From the IMG/VR virus record IMGVR_UViG_3300032212_000089, positions 1-35,936 of that record: a DNA stretch of 35,936 nt; one strand, given 5' to 3'. A model generated the notes under the pieces. The model had not been told where the DNA came from. It saw only the letters and a list, made by a program, of their open reading frames with translations, and did no database searches. Origin of the DNA: a virus (lineage: Duplodnaviria > Caudoviricetes). Positions within the stretch are counted from its first letter, which is position 1. Each line of letters opens with the position of its first letter. Position numbers and translations under genes: made by a program. This document shows, piece after piece, positions 1 to 9,864 of this stretch.

Positions 1-50
1 ATCGTTTTATGTTTGAAAACTTTACAGATTCAATTTAGCGGGTTCAGGAT

Positions 51-2168
51 TTGGCGACGGTTCAGGAAAAACGAGGGAAGCGGGCAAGGGATATCAGGAA
101 GAGTAACGCCCGATGGCAGCGGCGTTCGTTCCTTGTCGAGAATGATTTAAAGGGCAAGATTCCCCCGCCTTCCAGTCGTTACAAGGTCAAAAAGTATAAG
201 ACTCGACTTTTGGACTTCCTTGTCGAGTGCTTTCCGGGAACCACTGGAAAGAAGACCTTTTCCAAGGAACAAAAGGACGCTATCGAAATGCTTGAATTCT
301 GCATTATGCAGGGCGGGCGGATTGCCGAAGCGTTCCCGAGGGGGTTTGCGAAGACTGCAATTTTGATGCGGTCTTGTATGTGGGCGATGATTTATCGCTA
401 TCGACGCATGATTATGCTGTATTCGAAATCGATGGATTCTTCGACGGAGCTAAACGAAGGCGTCCAAACGGAGTTTACCGGTAATTCTATCCTTCGCGAT
501 CTATACCCAAAGATTTGTTACCCGTTCAAAGCCTTGGGCGGCTCGAGCCATCGGGCAAGCCATCAAACGTTTGGCGGGGAACTGACTAGGATTAATCTAA
601 AGTCGGGCGTTATTCGCCTGGCTAACATTCCTGGGGAACCGGCTTCCGGGTCGATGTTCATATCCAAGCCGATGTCCGCGGCGCGTGGTCAACAAAAGAC
701 TATCGAGATTGAAGGGGAAACAATTGTCCTTCGACCGGACTTTGTAGCGATCGACGACCCGAGCGACGAAGAGATTAGCGCAAGCCAACAGCAGACGAAG
801 AAGCTTGTTTCGTTGATTAAGAAGGGCATTTTGCGGGGCGGCGGCCACTCGAAGACCTTGGCGGCGGCAATGGCGGTAACGGTAATCGAGCCGAAAGACT
901 GCGCGGACCAATTCTTAAAAGATCCGTCTTGGCAGTCGTTACGAATCCCAATGATGAAAAGGTTACCGTCGAACCTTGAATTGTGGCAAAAGTATAAGGA
1001 TATTCGACACGGATTTGATCAGTCCGTCCCCGGTTCACAGATACGGGCGCGGTTGGATTGCCTGGAGTTCTATAAGGAAAACCGGGAAGAGATGGATAAG
1101 GACGCCGAACCGACTTGGGAATGGGCGTTCGAATTCGAAGACGATCCACAAACAGAGATAAGCGCCGTTCAACACGCAATGAATATCCTTCTTGATGAAG
1201 GACCAAGCGTTTTCAATTGTGAATGCCAAAACAATCCGGACGGTGACGAAGAATCAAAAGCCGTTCTAAAGCCCGAATCGTTAATGGTGAAGACTCACGC
1301 CCAAAAGCGTCACGTCGTACCGCGAAACGGGGAAAAGGTTGTCGCGCACGTCGACTTAGGCTTGGGGTGCTTCTGGTATGCCGTCGGGGCGTTCTCGATG
1401 GGCTACGAAGGATTCTTGATAGATCGCGAGACGTACCCAAAGCAGGGTCGGCGGTTGTTTGCCAAGTCAAGCCTTCCGCATCGCCTGGCGGATATGGAGC
1501 GATACAAGGGGATAACGGACCAAGACGCCCTGATTTACTCGGCATTAATGGATTTATTGCCGCTAATGTTGGAAACAAAATACAAGCGTGACGGCGACAA
1601 TTCAACGGCGAAGATAGACCGAATCGGCGTAGACTGCGGAAAATGGACTCAAGTTGTCTACGATGCACTTAATGACCTGGACGATAACCGGCTAATCCCG
1701 ACGAAAGGTTACGGATCCGGAAAGACGAAAGCCCCAATTGCCCACCGTCGCGCGAAAGAAGGGGAACGTAAAGGCGCGGGATTTCTTTACAAGTTGGCCG
1801 AGGATGGGAACCCGCGGCAAATGGAAATCGACACGAACGAAAGAAAGTCTTTCCTTACCAAGAGACTAGTCGAACCGCTAAAGTCCCCGACGTCGTTTTC
1901 TTTCTACCACCACGAAACGGCGGAGCACCACGAACTTTTGGCCGATCATTGTTGTTCGGAGTATTCAACGGAACTCGATACCAAATGGGGCGACTTGTCT
2001 CAATGGATGCACAAACACGGAAGGCCGGATAACGATTGGTGGGATAACCTTGTCGGAGTCATGGCGTTAGCGTCATTCGAAGGATGCGAAAAGGTTGGAA
2101 GTCGATCAGGGAAGGACGGAAAGCCGAAACCGCCGGAAATAGACTTAGGGGGTTGGGTGAATGGCTAA
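51..2168 (+). CDS. terL: Terminase large subunit (lambda GpA-like)
   Basis: 705 aa. Walker A-like FPRGFAKT, Walker B-like VAIDD, nuclease motifs AHVDLG / IGVDCG / DNDWWD. Upstream of the portal. TTG start is uncertain. Confidence 0.88.
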   Translation: MATVQEKRGKRARDIRKSNARWQRRSFLVENDLKGKIPPPSSRYKVKKYKTRLLDFLVECFPGTTGKKTFSKEQKDAIEMLEFCIMQGGRIAEAFPRGFAKTAILMRSCMWAMIYRYRRMIMLYSKSMDSSTELNEGVQTEFTGNSILRDLYPKICYPFKALGGSSHRASHQTFGGELTRINLKSGVIRLANIPGEPASGSMFISKPMSAARGQQKTIEIEGETIVLRPDFVAIDDPSDEEISASQQQTKKLVSLIKKGILRGGGHSKTLAAAMAVTVIEPKDCADQFLKDPSWQSLRIPMMKRLPSNLELWQKYKDIRHGFDQSVPGSQIRARLDCLEFYKENREEMDKDAEPTWEWAFEFEDDPQTEISAVQHAMNILLDEGPSVFNCECQNNPDGDEESKAVLKPESLMVKTHAQKRHVVPRNGEKVVAHVDLGLGCFWYAVGAFSMGYEGFLIDRETYPKQGRRLFAKSSLPHRLADMERYKGITDQDALIYSALMDLLPLMLETKYKRDGDNSTAKIDRIGVDCGKWTQVVYDALNDLDDNRLIPTKGYGSGKTKAPIAHRRAKEGERKGAGFLYKLAEDGNPRQMEIDTNERKSFLTKRLVEPLKSPTSFSFYHHETAEHHELLADHCCSEYSTELDTKWGDLSQWMHKHGRPDNDWWDNLVGVMALASFEGCEKVGSRSGKDGKPKPPEIDLGGWVNG

Positions 2169-2391
2169 GAATCCAGAACAAGACGCCCCGGAAATAAGCC
2201 TAGGCGAATGGCTGGCGACCAATACGAAATCCGAATCGGCCCAACAATGCACGAATTGCGGCTGCCGGCGTAACACCGTTAGAAGGACGACCCAAGACAC
2301 GAAGCGGAATCTTACCTATCGTGAAAGAGTTTGCGACTATTGCGGCCATAAGTTCGCTACCACGGAAGAAAACAAGGGGCAAACTCCGTAA
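2161..2391 (+). CDS. Small zinc-ribbon protein (NrdR-N/Ogr-Delta-like), possible transcription regulator
   Basis: CTNC...YRERVCDYCGHKFATTE pattern; overlaps the terL stop. Confidence 0.6.
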   Translation: MAKNPEQDAPEISLGEWLATNTKSESAQQCTNCGCRRNTVRRTTQDTKRNLTYRERVCDYCGHKFATTEENKGQTP

Positions 2392-2406
2392 AAAGGTCGC
2401 TACAGG

Positions 2407-2422
2407 GTGGCTTTAAAGCCAC
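2407..2422. repeat. 16-bp perfect palindrome GTGGCTTTAAAGCCAC, copy 1 of 9
   Basis: Read directly; intergenic. Confidence 0.95.
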
Positions 2423-2546
2423 TTGCCCCGCTTATGGGGGTGGCGGGCAGGCAGTTGCCTTGGTTCAGCCGGTCAAAATTATGCAACATAAGGGGAGTAG
2501 TCGTATTGCCCCCTGTCTCCCTATCCCCATTGCGATCGACCCTCGG

Positions 2547-2562
2547 GTGGCTTTAAAGCCAC
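2547..2562. repeat. 16-bp palindrome, copy 2
   Basis: Read directly; 140 bp from copy 1. Confidence 0.95.
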
Positions 2563-2674
2563 TTTGGGCGGTTATTTCTTTTCTGCTGTTGCATTTAGCA
2601 AGTCGTTTGTTGATTAAGTCGGCGTATCTCGTCATTATTCTAGGCGTAAGCGTGTTTAATTCAGTGGGTAAGCA

Positions 2675-2887
2675 ATGCCGATCGACCCGGAAAACTTGGA
2701 CGAAAGAGCCGTTAAGACCTATAGGGCAGGTGAAGAATCCATAACGTTCCGAAGTGCCGACGATATGGAAAAGATGAACCAGTTGGAAGCCACGAAGGCG
2801 GTCGGTTGCGATCCTACGAAAGTTTACAACTTTTTCCAGAATATGACTCTTAACGTTAAGTCTCAAAACTTCCCGGAATATGAGTAA
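2675..2887 (+). CDS. Putative head-tail joining protein (gpW-like)
   Basis: 70 aa immediately before a lambda-type portal; GEESITFRS resembles the gpW pattern. Confidence 0.55.
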   Translation: MPIDPENLDERAVKTYRAGEESITFRSADDMEKMNQLEATKAVGCDPTKVYNFFQNMTLNVKSQNFPEYE

Positions 2888-4394
2888 GAAAACCGCAAGT
2901 CCAAAGGTTTCTAACGTGTTGGTGGCTGAAAACGGCGCCCCGCTAGAAATCCCTAAAACGCACGAAGAAGATGCGAAGGAATGGGCGTTAAATGCGGCGT
3001 ATGATGTTTATTACCGGTATCAAAACGAAGACCATTTCAAATACGCAACGAATCAGAGTTCCGAAGCCATCGACACGCGGGAAGTTCGGCACGCTATTGC
3101 TAAGCTTGTCCGATACGAATTCCGGAACAATCCAACGTTCAAGGCTTTTATTGAAAAGCTAATCCATTCGGTCATAAGAACCGGACCGACTTTAGACGTA
3201 ACGCCTGACAATTCGACCGAAAAGAGCGAACGGGCGGCCAAAGACTTTGAAAGAAATTGGGGCGAGTACGCCGAAGAAATTAGACTCACTCGTAAACTCG
3301 AGATGTTTCTACGGGAAAGGAAGCTTGCTGGCGAAGGGTTTGGAGTTTTCGAGAGAAACCCACGTAATTCATACGGAATTGATTTGGTTCCTTATGAAAT
3401 GGAGCAATTCCAAGACCCTCACAGCGAAGCACTTGGAATTCGGTATGGTGCGCGTTTTGAATCAGCTTATCCACCGGCGGACGGGATATTTTACGACCGG
3501 TTCGGTAATCCGGAACTTTACCACCGTTTGAAGTATCATCCTGGCGGAACATCTACGGGGGCTTGGGTCGGAACTTATTCAACCGTTCAGATTCGATCGC
3601 ATAGGGTTGTCCACTGGTTTAAGAGGGAACGCCCAACGACGCGGCGCGGAATGTCGGAAGGCGCCGATTGCATTGAAACACTGGCGAAGCTTCGACGCCT
3701 GGACGAATCAGTCCTAAATACGCTCGAAAAGGAATCTAAAATCCTTGCGAGTATGGAAACAAACTTGCCTATCGGGCAATGTACGACGATTAATTCCCCG
3801 CGGATGTCTTGGGATTGGGCAGGGGCGCAGGTTACGAGTACACCACAAGGCTGGCGGATGACGCCTTGGAACACCGGAAGCGGCCGAGTTCAGAGTTACC
3901 GAGAAGTCAAAGACGAATTAAAGCGGGAAATTGCCGCGCGTTTCCTTTTGCCTTGGAACGTGGCGACGTCTTCCGAAGACTTTAACTTTGCATCGGCCCG
4001 AATCGATACGATTATTTGGAACCAAGTAATTGAGATCATCCGGGACGAAATCGAATCAGAAATCCTAACGCCGTTCTATAAGTGGTGGCTTGAATTCGCT
4101 TTTTATAAGGGGGTGATTCCGGCGGACCTGGGCGCGTTTAAGTTCCGATGGTTTTGGCCTGAGAAAGAAGCTCTCGACCAAGTTAAACAGGCGAACGCGG
4201 ACAAGATTTATAACGGTTTCGGTCAATTTGACGAAATCGAGCACTGGAAGAACAAGGGGCGGAACGCTTCGGACGTCTTTGAAGAGCGGGTAAAGCTTGC
4301 CAAGCAGAAAAGGGAAATCTTGGCACGTCACGGAATGACGGTGGAAGAAGTCGAGCAAACCGAAGAAGAAAGGGCGAAAAGTGCTGTTAGTTGA
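2880..4394 (+). CDS. Portal protein, lambda family
   Basis: 504 aa; GEGF, GIFYDRFGNP, VVHWFKRERP..RRG and NFASAR motifs; position. Confidence 0.88.
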   Translation: MSKKTASPKVSNVLVAENGAPLEIPKTHEEDAKEWALNAAYDVYYRYQNEDHFKYATNQSSEAIDTREVRHAIAKLVRYEFRNNPTFKAFIEKLIHSVIRTGPTLDVTPDNSTEKSERAAKDFERNWGEYAEEIRLTRKLEMFLRERKLAGEGFGVFERNPRNSYGIDLVPYEMEQFQDPHSEALGIRYGARFESAYPPADGIFYDRFGNPELYHRLKYHPGGTSTGAWVGTYSTVQIRSHRVVHWFKRERPTTRRGMSEGADCIETLAKLRRLDESVLNTLEKESKILASMETNLPIGQCTTINSPRMSWDWAGAQVTSTPQGWRMTPWNTGSGRVQSYREVKDELKREIAARFLLPWNVATSSEDFNFASARIDTIIWNQVIEIIRDEIESEILTPFYKWWLEFAFYKGVIPADLGAFKFRWFWPEKEALDQVKQANADKIYNGFGQFDEIEHWKNKGRNASDVFEERVKLAKQKREILARHGMTVEEVEQTEEERAKSAVS

Positions 4395-6573
4395 ATCAGA
4401 AAAGGCGTCGGTAATTCTTAAAGCTGGCGAGAAAAACCCAACGTATCAAGCTATGGCTTATAGCGGCGGAAAGCTTCGGGTTAAGCAGTTTTCCGAACCG
4501 GTTGTTTATGACCTGTCGACGATATCCGGGAACGAAGTTGAAAACTACTTGCAACACGATCAGGCGATGCTTGCCGGACACGGAAAAATAACCGTCCACC
4601 CTACGCATATCGATGCGGAAGGCGCCTTGGATGTCGACGGAATGGCAAAGGCTGAAATCGTTGGAGCAAAGAAAGCCGGGAAGAAATGGGAAGTTTCAAT
4701 CGGCGTTTTGACAGCCAGCGACGAAAACGGAACGTTCAAAACTGAATTGGTTCCGGATGGCGAAAGACGAATCATTAACGGGCGGACGCACGTTGGCCCG
4801 TTTTACCATGCCCGCGGTGGGCAAATTAACGAAGTTAGTTTCGTGGATCAGGGGGGTGATTTAGATAATCACGTTTCTTTGGCAGCGGAACGCAAACAGA
4901 AGGAAGGCGTTCCTATGGAATTGGCCCTAATTGAATTCGGGAAGTCGTTGGGGATTCCAGACCCTACGAAGTTGGACGAAGCGGGGGTCGTAGCACTCAC
5001 CGCGGCGTATGAAGCACCACCCAAAAAGAAAGAGGCGGAAGGCGGTAACGATATCGTTGCTTTACGCGCGGAAATCGCCGAAGACGTCAAAAGCCTGAAA
5101 GAAGAACGGGTAGCGTTTAGGGCGGAAGTCAAGCGGACCGAAGATATCCGCGTTCTTTGCGCGTCTTTCGGTCACCCTAACGTCGAAATCGAAAAGGATG
5201 GCGAGAAGCGGACCGTTTCTTTGTTCGATCATGCCGTCCAAAACGGATTGTCAAACGACGAAGTAGCTTTGAAGGCCAAGCTTTGGAAGCTCGAGCAAGA
5301 AGACAAGTCGGGAACGACTCAAAACCAATACGCGGGTTATTCCATGACAGCGGAAGCGAACGAAGTTCTTTCGGCGGCCGTTCTTCTTCACTCGAATCCG
5401 GAAAAGGAAGTCGGGCAAGCTTTCAACGCTTCAATCCGCGAAAAGGTTATGAACGAAGCCACAAGCGGGCGTTTTCGTGACCTGGGATTGAATGACATTT
5501 GCCGGATGTCCTTGCAAGCAATGGGACGCCCATTCAACGGATTCGGAAACGGCCAAGAGTTTGCGCAGCACGTTCTAAGCGAACATCGGCGGCAGGCTTT
5601 GACCGCGGCGGGCGTTTCTTCCGTTTCGTTGGTCAATGTCCTTGAAAACGTTATGAACAAGTCGTTAATGATGTCCTTTACCCGGACTCAGTCGACTTGG
5701 GCGCAAGTTGCGAAGACCTATTCGGCTTCCGATTACAAGCAACAAAGCTTTTATCGTTTGACCGGAAAGGGCGGTTTTCTCCCAATCGGATCCGGCGGAC
5801 AAGTTGAACATGCGGAAATTTCGGATTCGAAGTTGACCGCAAGCGTTGAAGATTTCGGCGTTATGCTGACTCTGACAACCAAAATGATTGTCAATGATGA
5901 CATTAACGCGTTGTCTGGAATCGGAAACGGTCTTGGATCAATGGCCGGCCGAGCGATCGACGAAAAGCTTTACGAATTGCTTTTGACTTGGTCGACAAGT
6001 GGTTCGAATGCGATTACCGAAATTGCTTCGACTCCGTTGTCTTACGGCGCCTTACAGACAATTGACGACCACTTTAACGACTTGGTCGACGCGGACAATA
6101 AACCAATCGATGTCCTTTGGGATACTTTGGTTACCGGTAACGGAATCAACCGTTTGGCTTCAAAACTCTCAATGGAAGAAAGCTTGGCGGGAATCGCGCA
6201 GAATTCCTCGGCTTCGGCGGATGTCAAAGACAACGCTATCGGATCTAACGAATTTGCTGGCAAGTTCAAAGCGGTTCATTCTCGGTGGATTTCTGAAAAG
6301 AAAGCCAGCGGAAGCGACCCAACGAACACCAAAGGAAAGAAACTAACAACGCCGGCAAACGGCAATCAGATTTATTTCGCTTTGGCTGGTCCTAATTGTC
6401 CTTGCGACGTTGAGCCGGTTCGCGTTGGCTTCCTTAACGGACAGCAAACTCCCCGCGTTTCAAGTGGATCGCTTGCGTTTGATGTCGAAGGAATTGGCTA
6501 TAAAGCCTTGTTCGATTTCGGCGTAGATAAAGGCGACGCGGAAGGCATTGTCCGAATCAAAAGCAACGCCTAA
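4381..6573 (+). CDS. Fused prohead protease/scaffold + major capsid protein (Mu gpT-like C-terminal domain)
   Basis: N-terminal AYSGG/LQHD/EVSIG/EVSFV protease-like motifs; C-terminal FLNGQQTP...FDVEG...FDFGV typical of gpT-like capsids. Confidence 0.8.
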   Translation: MLLVESEKASVILKAGEKNPTYQAMAYSGGKLRVKQFSEPVVYDLSTISGNEVENYLQHDQAMLAGHGKITVHPTHIDAEGALDVDGMAKAEIVGAKKAGKKWEVSIGVLTASDENGTFKTELVPDGERRIINGRTHVGPFYHARGGQINEVSFVDQGGDLDNHVSLAAERKQKEGVPMELALIEFGKSLGIPDPTKLDEAGVVALTAAYEAPPKKKEAEGGNDIVALRAEIAEDVKSLKEERVAFRAEVKRTEDIRVLCASFGHPNVEIEKDGEKRTVSLFDHAVQNGLSNDEVALKAKLWKLEQEDKSGTTQNQYAGYSMTAEANEVLSAAVLLHSNPEKEVGQAFNASIREKVMNEATSGRFRDLGLNDICRMSLQAMGRPFNGFGNGQEFAQHVLSEHRRQALTAAGVSSVSLVNVLENVMNKSLMMSFTRTQSTWAQVAKTYSASDYKQQSFYRLTGKGGFLPIGSGGQVEHAEISDSKLTASVEDFGVMLTLTTKMIVNDDINALSGIGNGLGSMAGRAIDEKLYELLLTWSTSGSNAITEIASTPLSYGALQTIDDHFNDLVDADNKPIDVLWDTLVTGNGINRLASKLSMEESLAGIAQNSSASADVKDNAIGSNEFAGKFKAVHSRWISEKKASGSDPTNTKGKKLTTPANGNQIYFALAGPNCPCDVEPVRVGFLNGQQTPRVSSGSLAFDVEGIGYKALFDFGVDKGDAEGIVRIKSNA

Positions 6574-6595
6574 ACCGACTTTTTGAATTGAACCG

Positions 6596-6620
6596 GGACG
6601 CCTTGCGGGGCGTCCTTTTT
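6596..6620 (+). terminator. Intrinsic terminator after the capsid gene
   Basis: GGACGCC-TTGCGG-GGCGTCC followed by TTTTT. Confidence 0.7.
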
Positions 6621-6640
6621 GCAAATAACGAAACCGGAAT

Positions 6641-6970
6641 TTGAAAATGCTTATCAGGTCAACAAATACGAAAACGCTAGTTGGAGACGGAACCACTGAT
6701 ATCGATATTAGCCAATTCGCTAACGTATCGTCGGACGGTTCGGTCGACTTTGGCGCGTTAACGCCTGGGGCGACGAAAGTAATGGTTTCAAACGGCGGAC
6801 AGACTTTACAAGATTGTCCGGACGAAAATAACGTAGCGGTTCCGGCGGTCACGCCACCGAATGGAAAGTTCTTTATTCCCCCGACGGCGTTTTGTTTTTC
6901 GCGTGTGGTAATTCGAACAACTAACGCCGTAACCGCTGCACAATTTGTTTACATTTCCCTAAGAGGATAA
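6641..6970 (+). CDS. Hypothetical virion protein
   Basis: Collinear ORF in the head module; start could be ATG 6647. Confidence 0.5.
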   Translation: MKMLIRSTNTKTLVGDGTTDIDISQFANVSSDGSVDFGALTPGATKVMVSNGGQTLQDCPDENNVAVPAVTPPNGKFFIPPTAFCFSRVVIRTTNAVTAAQFVYISLRG

Positions 6971-6976
6971 AAGAAA

Positions 6977-7348
6977 ATGTCTATCAAGCTTGTTAAGGCT
7001 GGCGCCGGCGCGGTAATGATTCCAAACAGTGGAACCGAAGCGGTTGGCGAAGTCAAAGTTATCAATACGGTCAACTGTATTCAGGGGATCGACGACAAGA
7101 GCGGGAAAGCTCGGCGGAACGCCTACTATCCCAACGAAACCACCGTCTTTCAGGCGACCAAGGCGTTAGCCACGGACCTAAGCACCGACGACGACGAAAT
7201 CTTTTACGATTCGGCTTCTGGTTTGGCTACGGCCGGCCCCGCTTCCGGAACCGTGTTTAAGGTTGGTCGGAAGATGCCTGGCGACGTTGCGGACGTTGGC
7301 GGGACCACTTCGGACGAGTTTGTCCAGTTTATCCACGGAACCCGATAA
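6977..7348 (+). CDS. Putative capsid cement/decoration protein (DUF2190-like)
   Basis: Good RBS (AGAGGA), size, IFYDSASGLAT...VGR pattern, position after a gpT-like capsid. Confidence 0.5.
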   Translation: MSIKLVKAGAGAVMIPNSGTEAVGEVKVINTVNCIQGIDDKSGKARRNAYYPNETTVFQATKALATDLSTDDDEIFYDSASGLATAGPASGTVFKVGRKMPGDVADVGGTTSDEFVQFIHGTR

Positions 7349-7357
7349 GCCGGAAAA

Positions 7358-7717
7358 ATGGGTAAAGAAATCCTTGGAATTGGAGCAAAGGCGCTGTCGG
7401 GTATCCGCGGCGCCATTCGTTTTTTTGAAGTCACTTTGGACCAAACCGGAGAGACTCAATTAACGGGCGTCCAATGTTCAAGGGTAAAGAAGGACGACGA
7501 CTTAGAAGCGGAAATTTCCATATTGGAAACGAAGCGAATGGACCTGATTTTTAAAGCGTCGGATATCCCTTACACGATCAACGAAAAGGATTTCAAGATT
7601 ACCTGGGCGGATGGTTCAATATGGCGGCCCTTCGCGGAGTTGGGAACGCCCGCAATTAACGAACAAGGCGTAACCGGTGAATCGATTGTTTTACATTGTC
7701 ATAAGGTGCCGGAATGA
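7358..7717 (+). CDS. Putative head-closure/head-tail adaptor
   Basis: Synteny and size only. Confidence 0.45.
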   Translation: MGKEILGIGAKALSGIRGAIRFFEVTLDQTGETQLTGVQCSRVKKDDDLEAEISILETKRMDLIFKASDIPYTINEKDFKITWADGSIWRPFAELGTPAINEQGVTGESIVLHCHKVPE

Positions 7718-8190
7718 TTGAATTCACAGTTTGCGAAGAAATGGCGACGGCGATTAATGGCGGAACGTACACGGCGCCCTATGCGGGATTTAGTACGGCG
7801 GAAGCTGCTTACGTTTACGACGTTAAAAAGGAATCACTTCCAGCAGCGGCGGCACCGAAAGTTTATTCGACGCCTATGCGGTTAAACAACGCTTTTAGTC
7901 AGCAATCAGGGCTTCACGATCGATCGACGTTTGGTGACACCTGGGGTTTGGCGGTTGTGTTGGATTGCGGCGGAATCAGCCTTGCGGATAACGCAACAAT
8001 CAAAAACTTAATGCGGTTCGTTAGCGAAATGCAAATACGAATCGCGTCATACGATACAAGCCCTGGCTTTTCCATGCAATGGACCGGGGTTATTCAGAAC
8101 GACCCGATTTTTAACCGGGAATTACTCAAAACGGAACAACGTTTCCATAACGTTACAGAGTTCCAATTTTTCCACGAAAGAACGTTTTAG
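7714..8190 (+). CDS. Putative tail terminator
   Basis: Synteny (before the tail tube); ATGA overlap. Confidence 0.45.
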   Translation: MIEFTVCEEMATAINGGTYTAPYAGFSTAEAAYVYDVKKESLPAAAAPKVYSTPMRLNNAFSQQSGLHDRSTFGDTWGLAVVLDCGGISLADNATIKNLMRFVSEMQIRIASYDTSPGFSMQWTGVIQNDPIFNRELLKTEQRFHNVTEFQFFHERTF

Positions 8191-8201
8191 GAGTTAATTA
8201 A

Positions 8202-8684
8202 ATGGCCAAAAAAGGAACAATCGGTAAAGAATGGTTTCTTTTCTATAACTCGTTGGCGGATTTTCAGACCGTCGAAGCGTCTTACGATACTCCGACTTGG
8301 CTTGAAGTTCCAAACGCCCAAGATATCACTGTAAACGCGGCGAAAGAAGTTATCGAAATGCTTCGACGGGGCGCCAAGGTCAAAGAAAGCGTCGTCGGCT
8401 TTGGCGAATTCTCAATCGATTTCAATATTGATTATGTCCGGGACTCGGCTTTTGTTGTGGCTTTAGCGGCTCACTTCGACGCTCACGACACGTCATGGAT
8501 GCACTTCATGGTATTGGACGGAACGAATACCACCGGAAGCAAGGGGTTTATCATGCCCGCCGTTGCCAGTACGGCGAACAAGGAAGCGCCAATCCTCGGA
8601 AAGTCAAACGTTCCAATAACACTTCTTCCAACTTATCAGGTTGTTGGAAGCGGTAAGGAATGGACAACAACGACAATCGCCTAA
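8202..8684 (+). CDS. Major tail tube protein
   Basis: Strong RBS (AGGAG); TPTWLEV..AQDITV pattern; precedes the chaperone and tape measure. Confidence 0.7.
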   Translation: MAKKGTIGKEWFLFYNSLADFQTVEASYDTPTWLEVPNAQDITVNAAKEVIEMLRRGAKVKESVVGFGEFSIDFNIDYVRDSAFVVALAAHFDAHDTSWMHFMVLDGTNTTGSKGFIMPAVASTANKEAPILGKSNVPITLLPTYQVVGSGKEWTTTTIA

Positions 8685-8707
8685 CGGTTGTTTAGAAAGG
8701 TTTGTAA

Positions 8708-9118
8708 ATGTCAACGATCTTCAAAGATGAAAAGGGCGACGCCTGGGATTTGGCTTTAAATATCGGCGTAGCTCGAGGGTTGAAAGAATCCTACGACTTC
8801 GACGTTTTTTCGCTGTCGGAAGAAGCGGTTTTATCTGCTTTCGTGGATCCGGCAGCACTTGCGGACGCGATTAAGTTTATTTTGCAAGATCAGATCGACC
8901 GGAAAGACCTTTCGGACTTGGATTTCTTTCGAAGGCTCACGGGTGACGTTATCGACGCTGCCGGTGAGGCATTGTTGCGGGCAATCGTAAATTTTTCCCC
9001 GAAGATGCAAAGGAAGGCAGCGGCGACTCTGTTGGACCGGGCGAATCTGAAAGCGGCGGACCAAGCGACGAAAGCGGAAGCGATGGCGGCGAAAATCTCA
9101 CTGGATGGGGGAGCATAG
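8708..9118 (+). CDS. Tail assembly chaperone (G)
   Basis: Between the tail tube and tape measure; followed by an overlapping -1 frame ORF. Confidence 0.65.
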   Translation: MSTIFKDEKGDAWDLALNIGVARGLKESYDFDVFSLSEEAVLSAFVDPAALADAIKFILQDQIDRKDLSDLDFFRRLTGDVIDAAGEALLRAIVNFSPKMQRKAAATLLDRANLKAADQATKAEAMAAKISLDGGA

Positions 9119-9156
9119 ACGAAGCTACGGCAATCATCGGTTTCGACTCGGACCGA

Positions 9157-9411
9157 ATGACTTACCGAAGGCTTTTAAACGTCGCCAAAATCAAGGTCGA
9201 ACTTGAAGTTAGGAACTCGGACGCGATAAGCCAAAGGACGGCGGAAGTAATCGCAGCAATCCACAACTATTCCGGGTTCGGTTCGCCTAAGCCGATAACA
9301 GCAAACCAAATACTAGGGAAGGAAACGTCCAGCAGCGGAAGCGGGGGAGTTGAAAAGATAAGTCCGGACGAAGTCGGGGATTTAATAGACGAAATCGAAG
9401 GGAATAGCTAA
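9157..9411 (+). CDS. Tail assembly chaperone T part (probably expressed as a G-T frameshift fusion)
   Basis: The -1 frame relative to G is open from 8968 to 9411. Confidence 0.55.
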   Translation: MTYRRLLNVAKIKVELEVRNSDAISQRTAEVIAAIHNYSGFGSPKPITANQILGKETSSSGSGGVEKISPDEVGDLIDEIEGNS

Positions 9412-9864
9412 ATGATCAGTCCTAAATTAAGCGTTTCCTTTTCTTTTAACACCGATAAGCTCATTAAGAAGATTGAAGGCGGAAAACGTCGGGCTTTGAT
9501 GAAAGCCGGGGCGAAGCAACGCGGGATTATGAAAAGAATGATTCCGTTTCGAAAGAAGAAGAAGTCGGAACCTGGAAAGCCGCCAAACGCCCACACAAGA
9601 TCGAACGAATTCGGTTTGAAAATGATCTTGTACTCCTATGACCAAATGACGGAAAGCGTAATCGTTGGTCCGGTAGGACGAAGGAACGGAACGGCGCCGG
9701 TTCCTGGAATCCTTGATAAAGGCGGGGCTACGCAAATAGTCGTTAAAGATCGTCGGGGGAATCGACGGTTGAAGACTGTCTACGTTAAAGCTAGGCCGTT
9801 TACGAAGCCTTCGCTTGATATTTACAAAGACAAGTATCCGGAAGAATACAAGGGGCTTTTATAG
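9412..9864 (+). CDS. Putative tail completion protein (HK97 gp10-like)
   Basis: Basic protein with SEPGKPP, VIVGP and C-terminal ARPFTKP motifs. Confidence 0.6.
   Translation: MISPKLSVSFSFNTDKLIKKIEGGKRRALMKAGAKQRGIMKRMIPFRKKKKSEPGKPPNAHTRSNEFGLKMILYSYDQMTESVIVGPVGRRNGTAPVPGILDKGGATQIVVKDRRGNRRLKTVYVKARPFTKPSLDIYKDKYPEEYKGLL

Noticed and set aside
2460-2866. ORFs 2460-2744 (+) and 2465-2866 (-) as genes
   Set aside because: No RBS or recognisable motifs, and they overlap the gpW-like gene; the gap is more likely regulatory.
6903-6911. GTGTGGTAA (antisense leader motif) in a structural CDS, and TACCACCAC at 1905 in terL
   Set aside because: Short, inside coding sequence, not tied to a start codon and without the GGAAGG block; compatible with chance.
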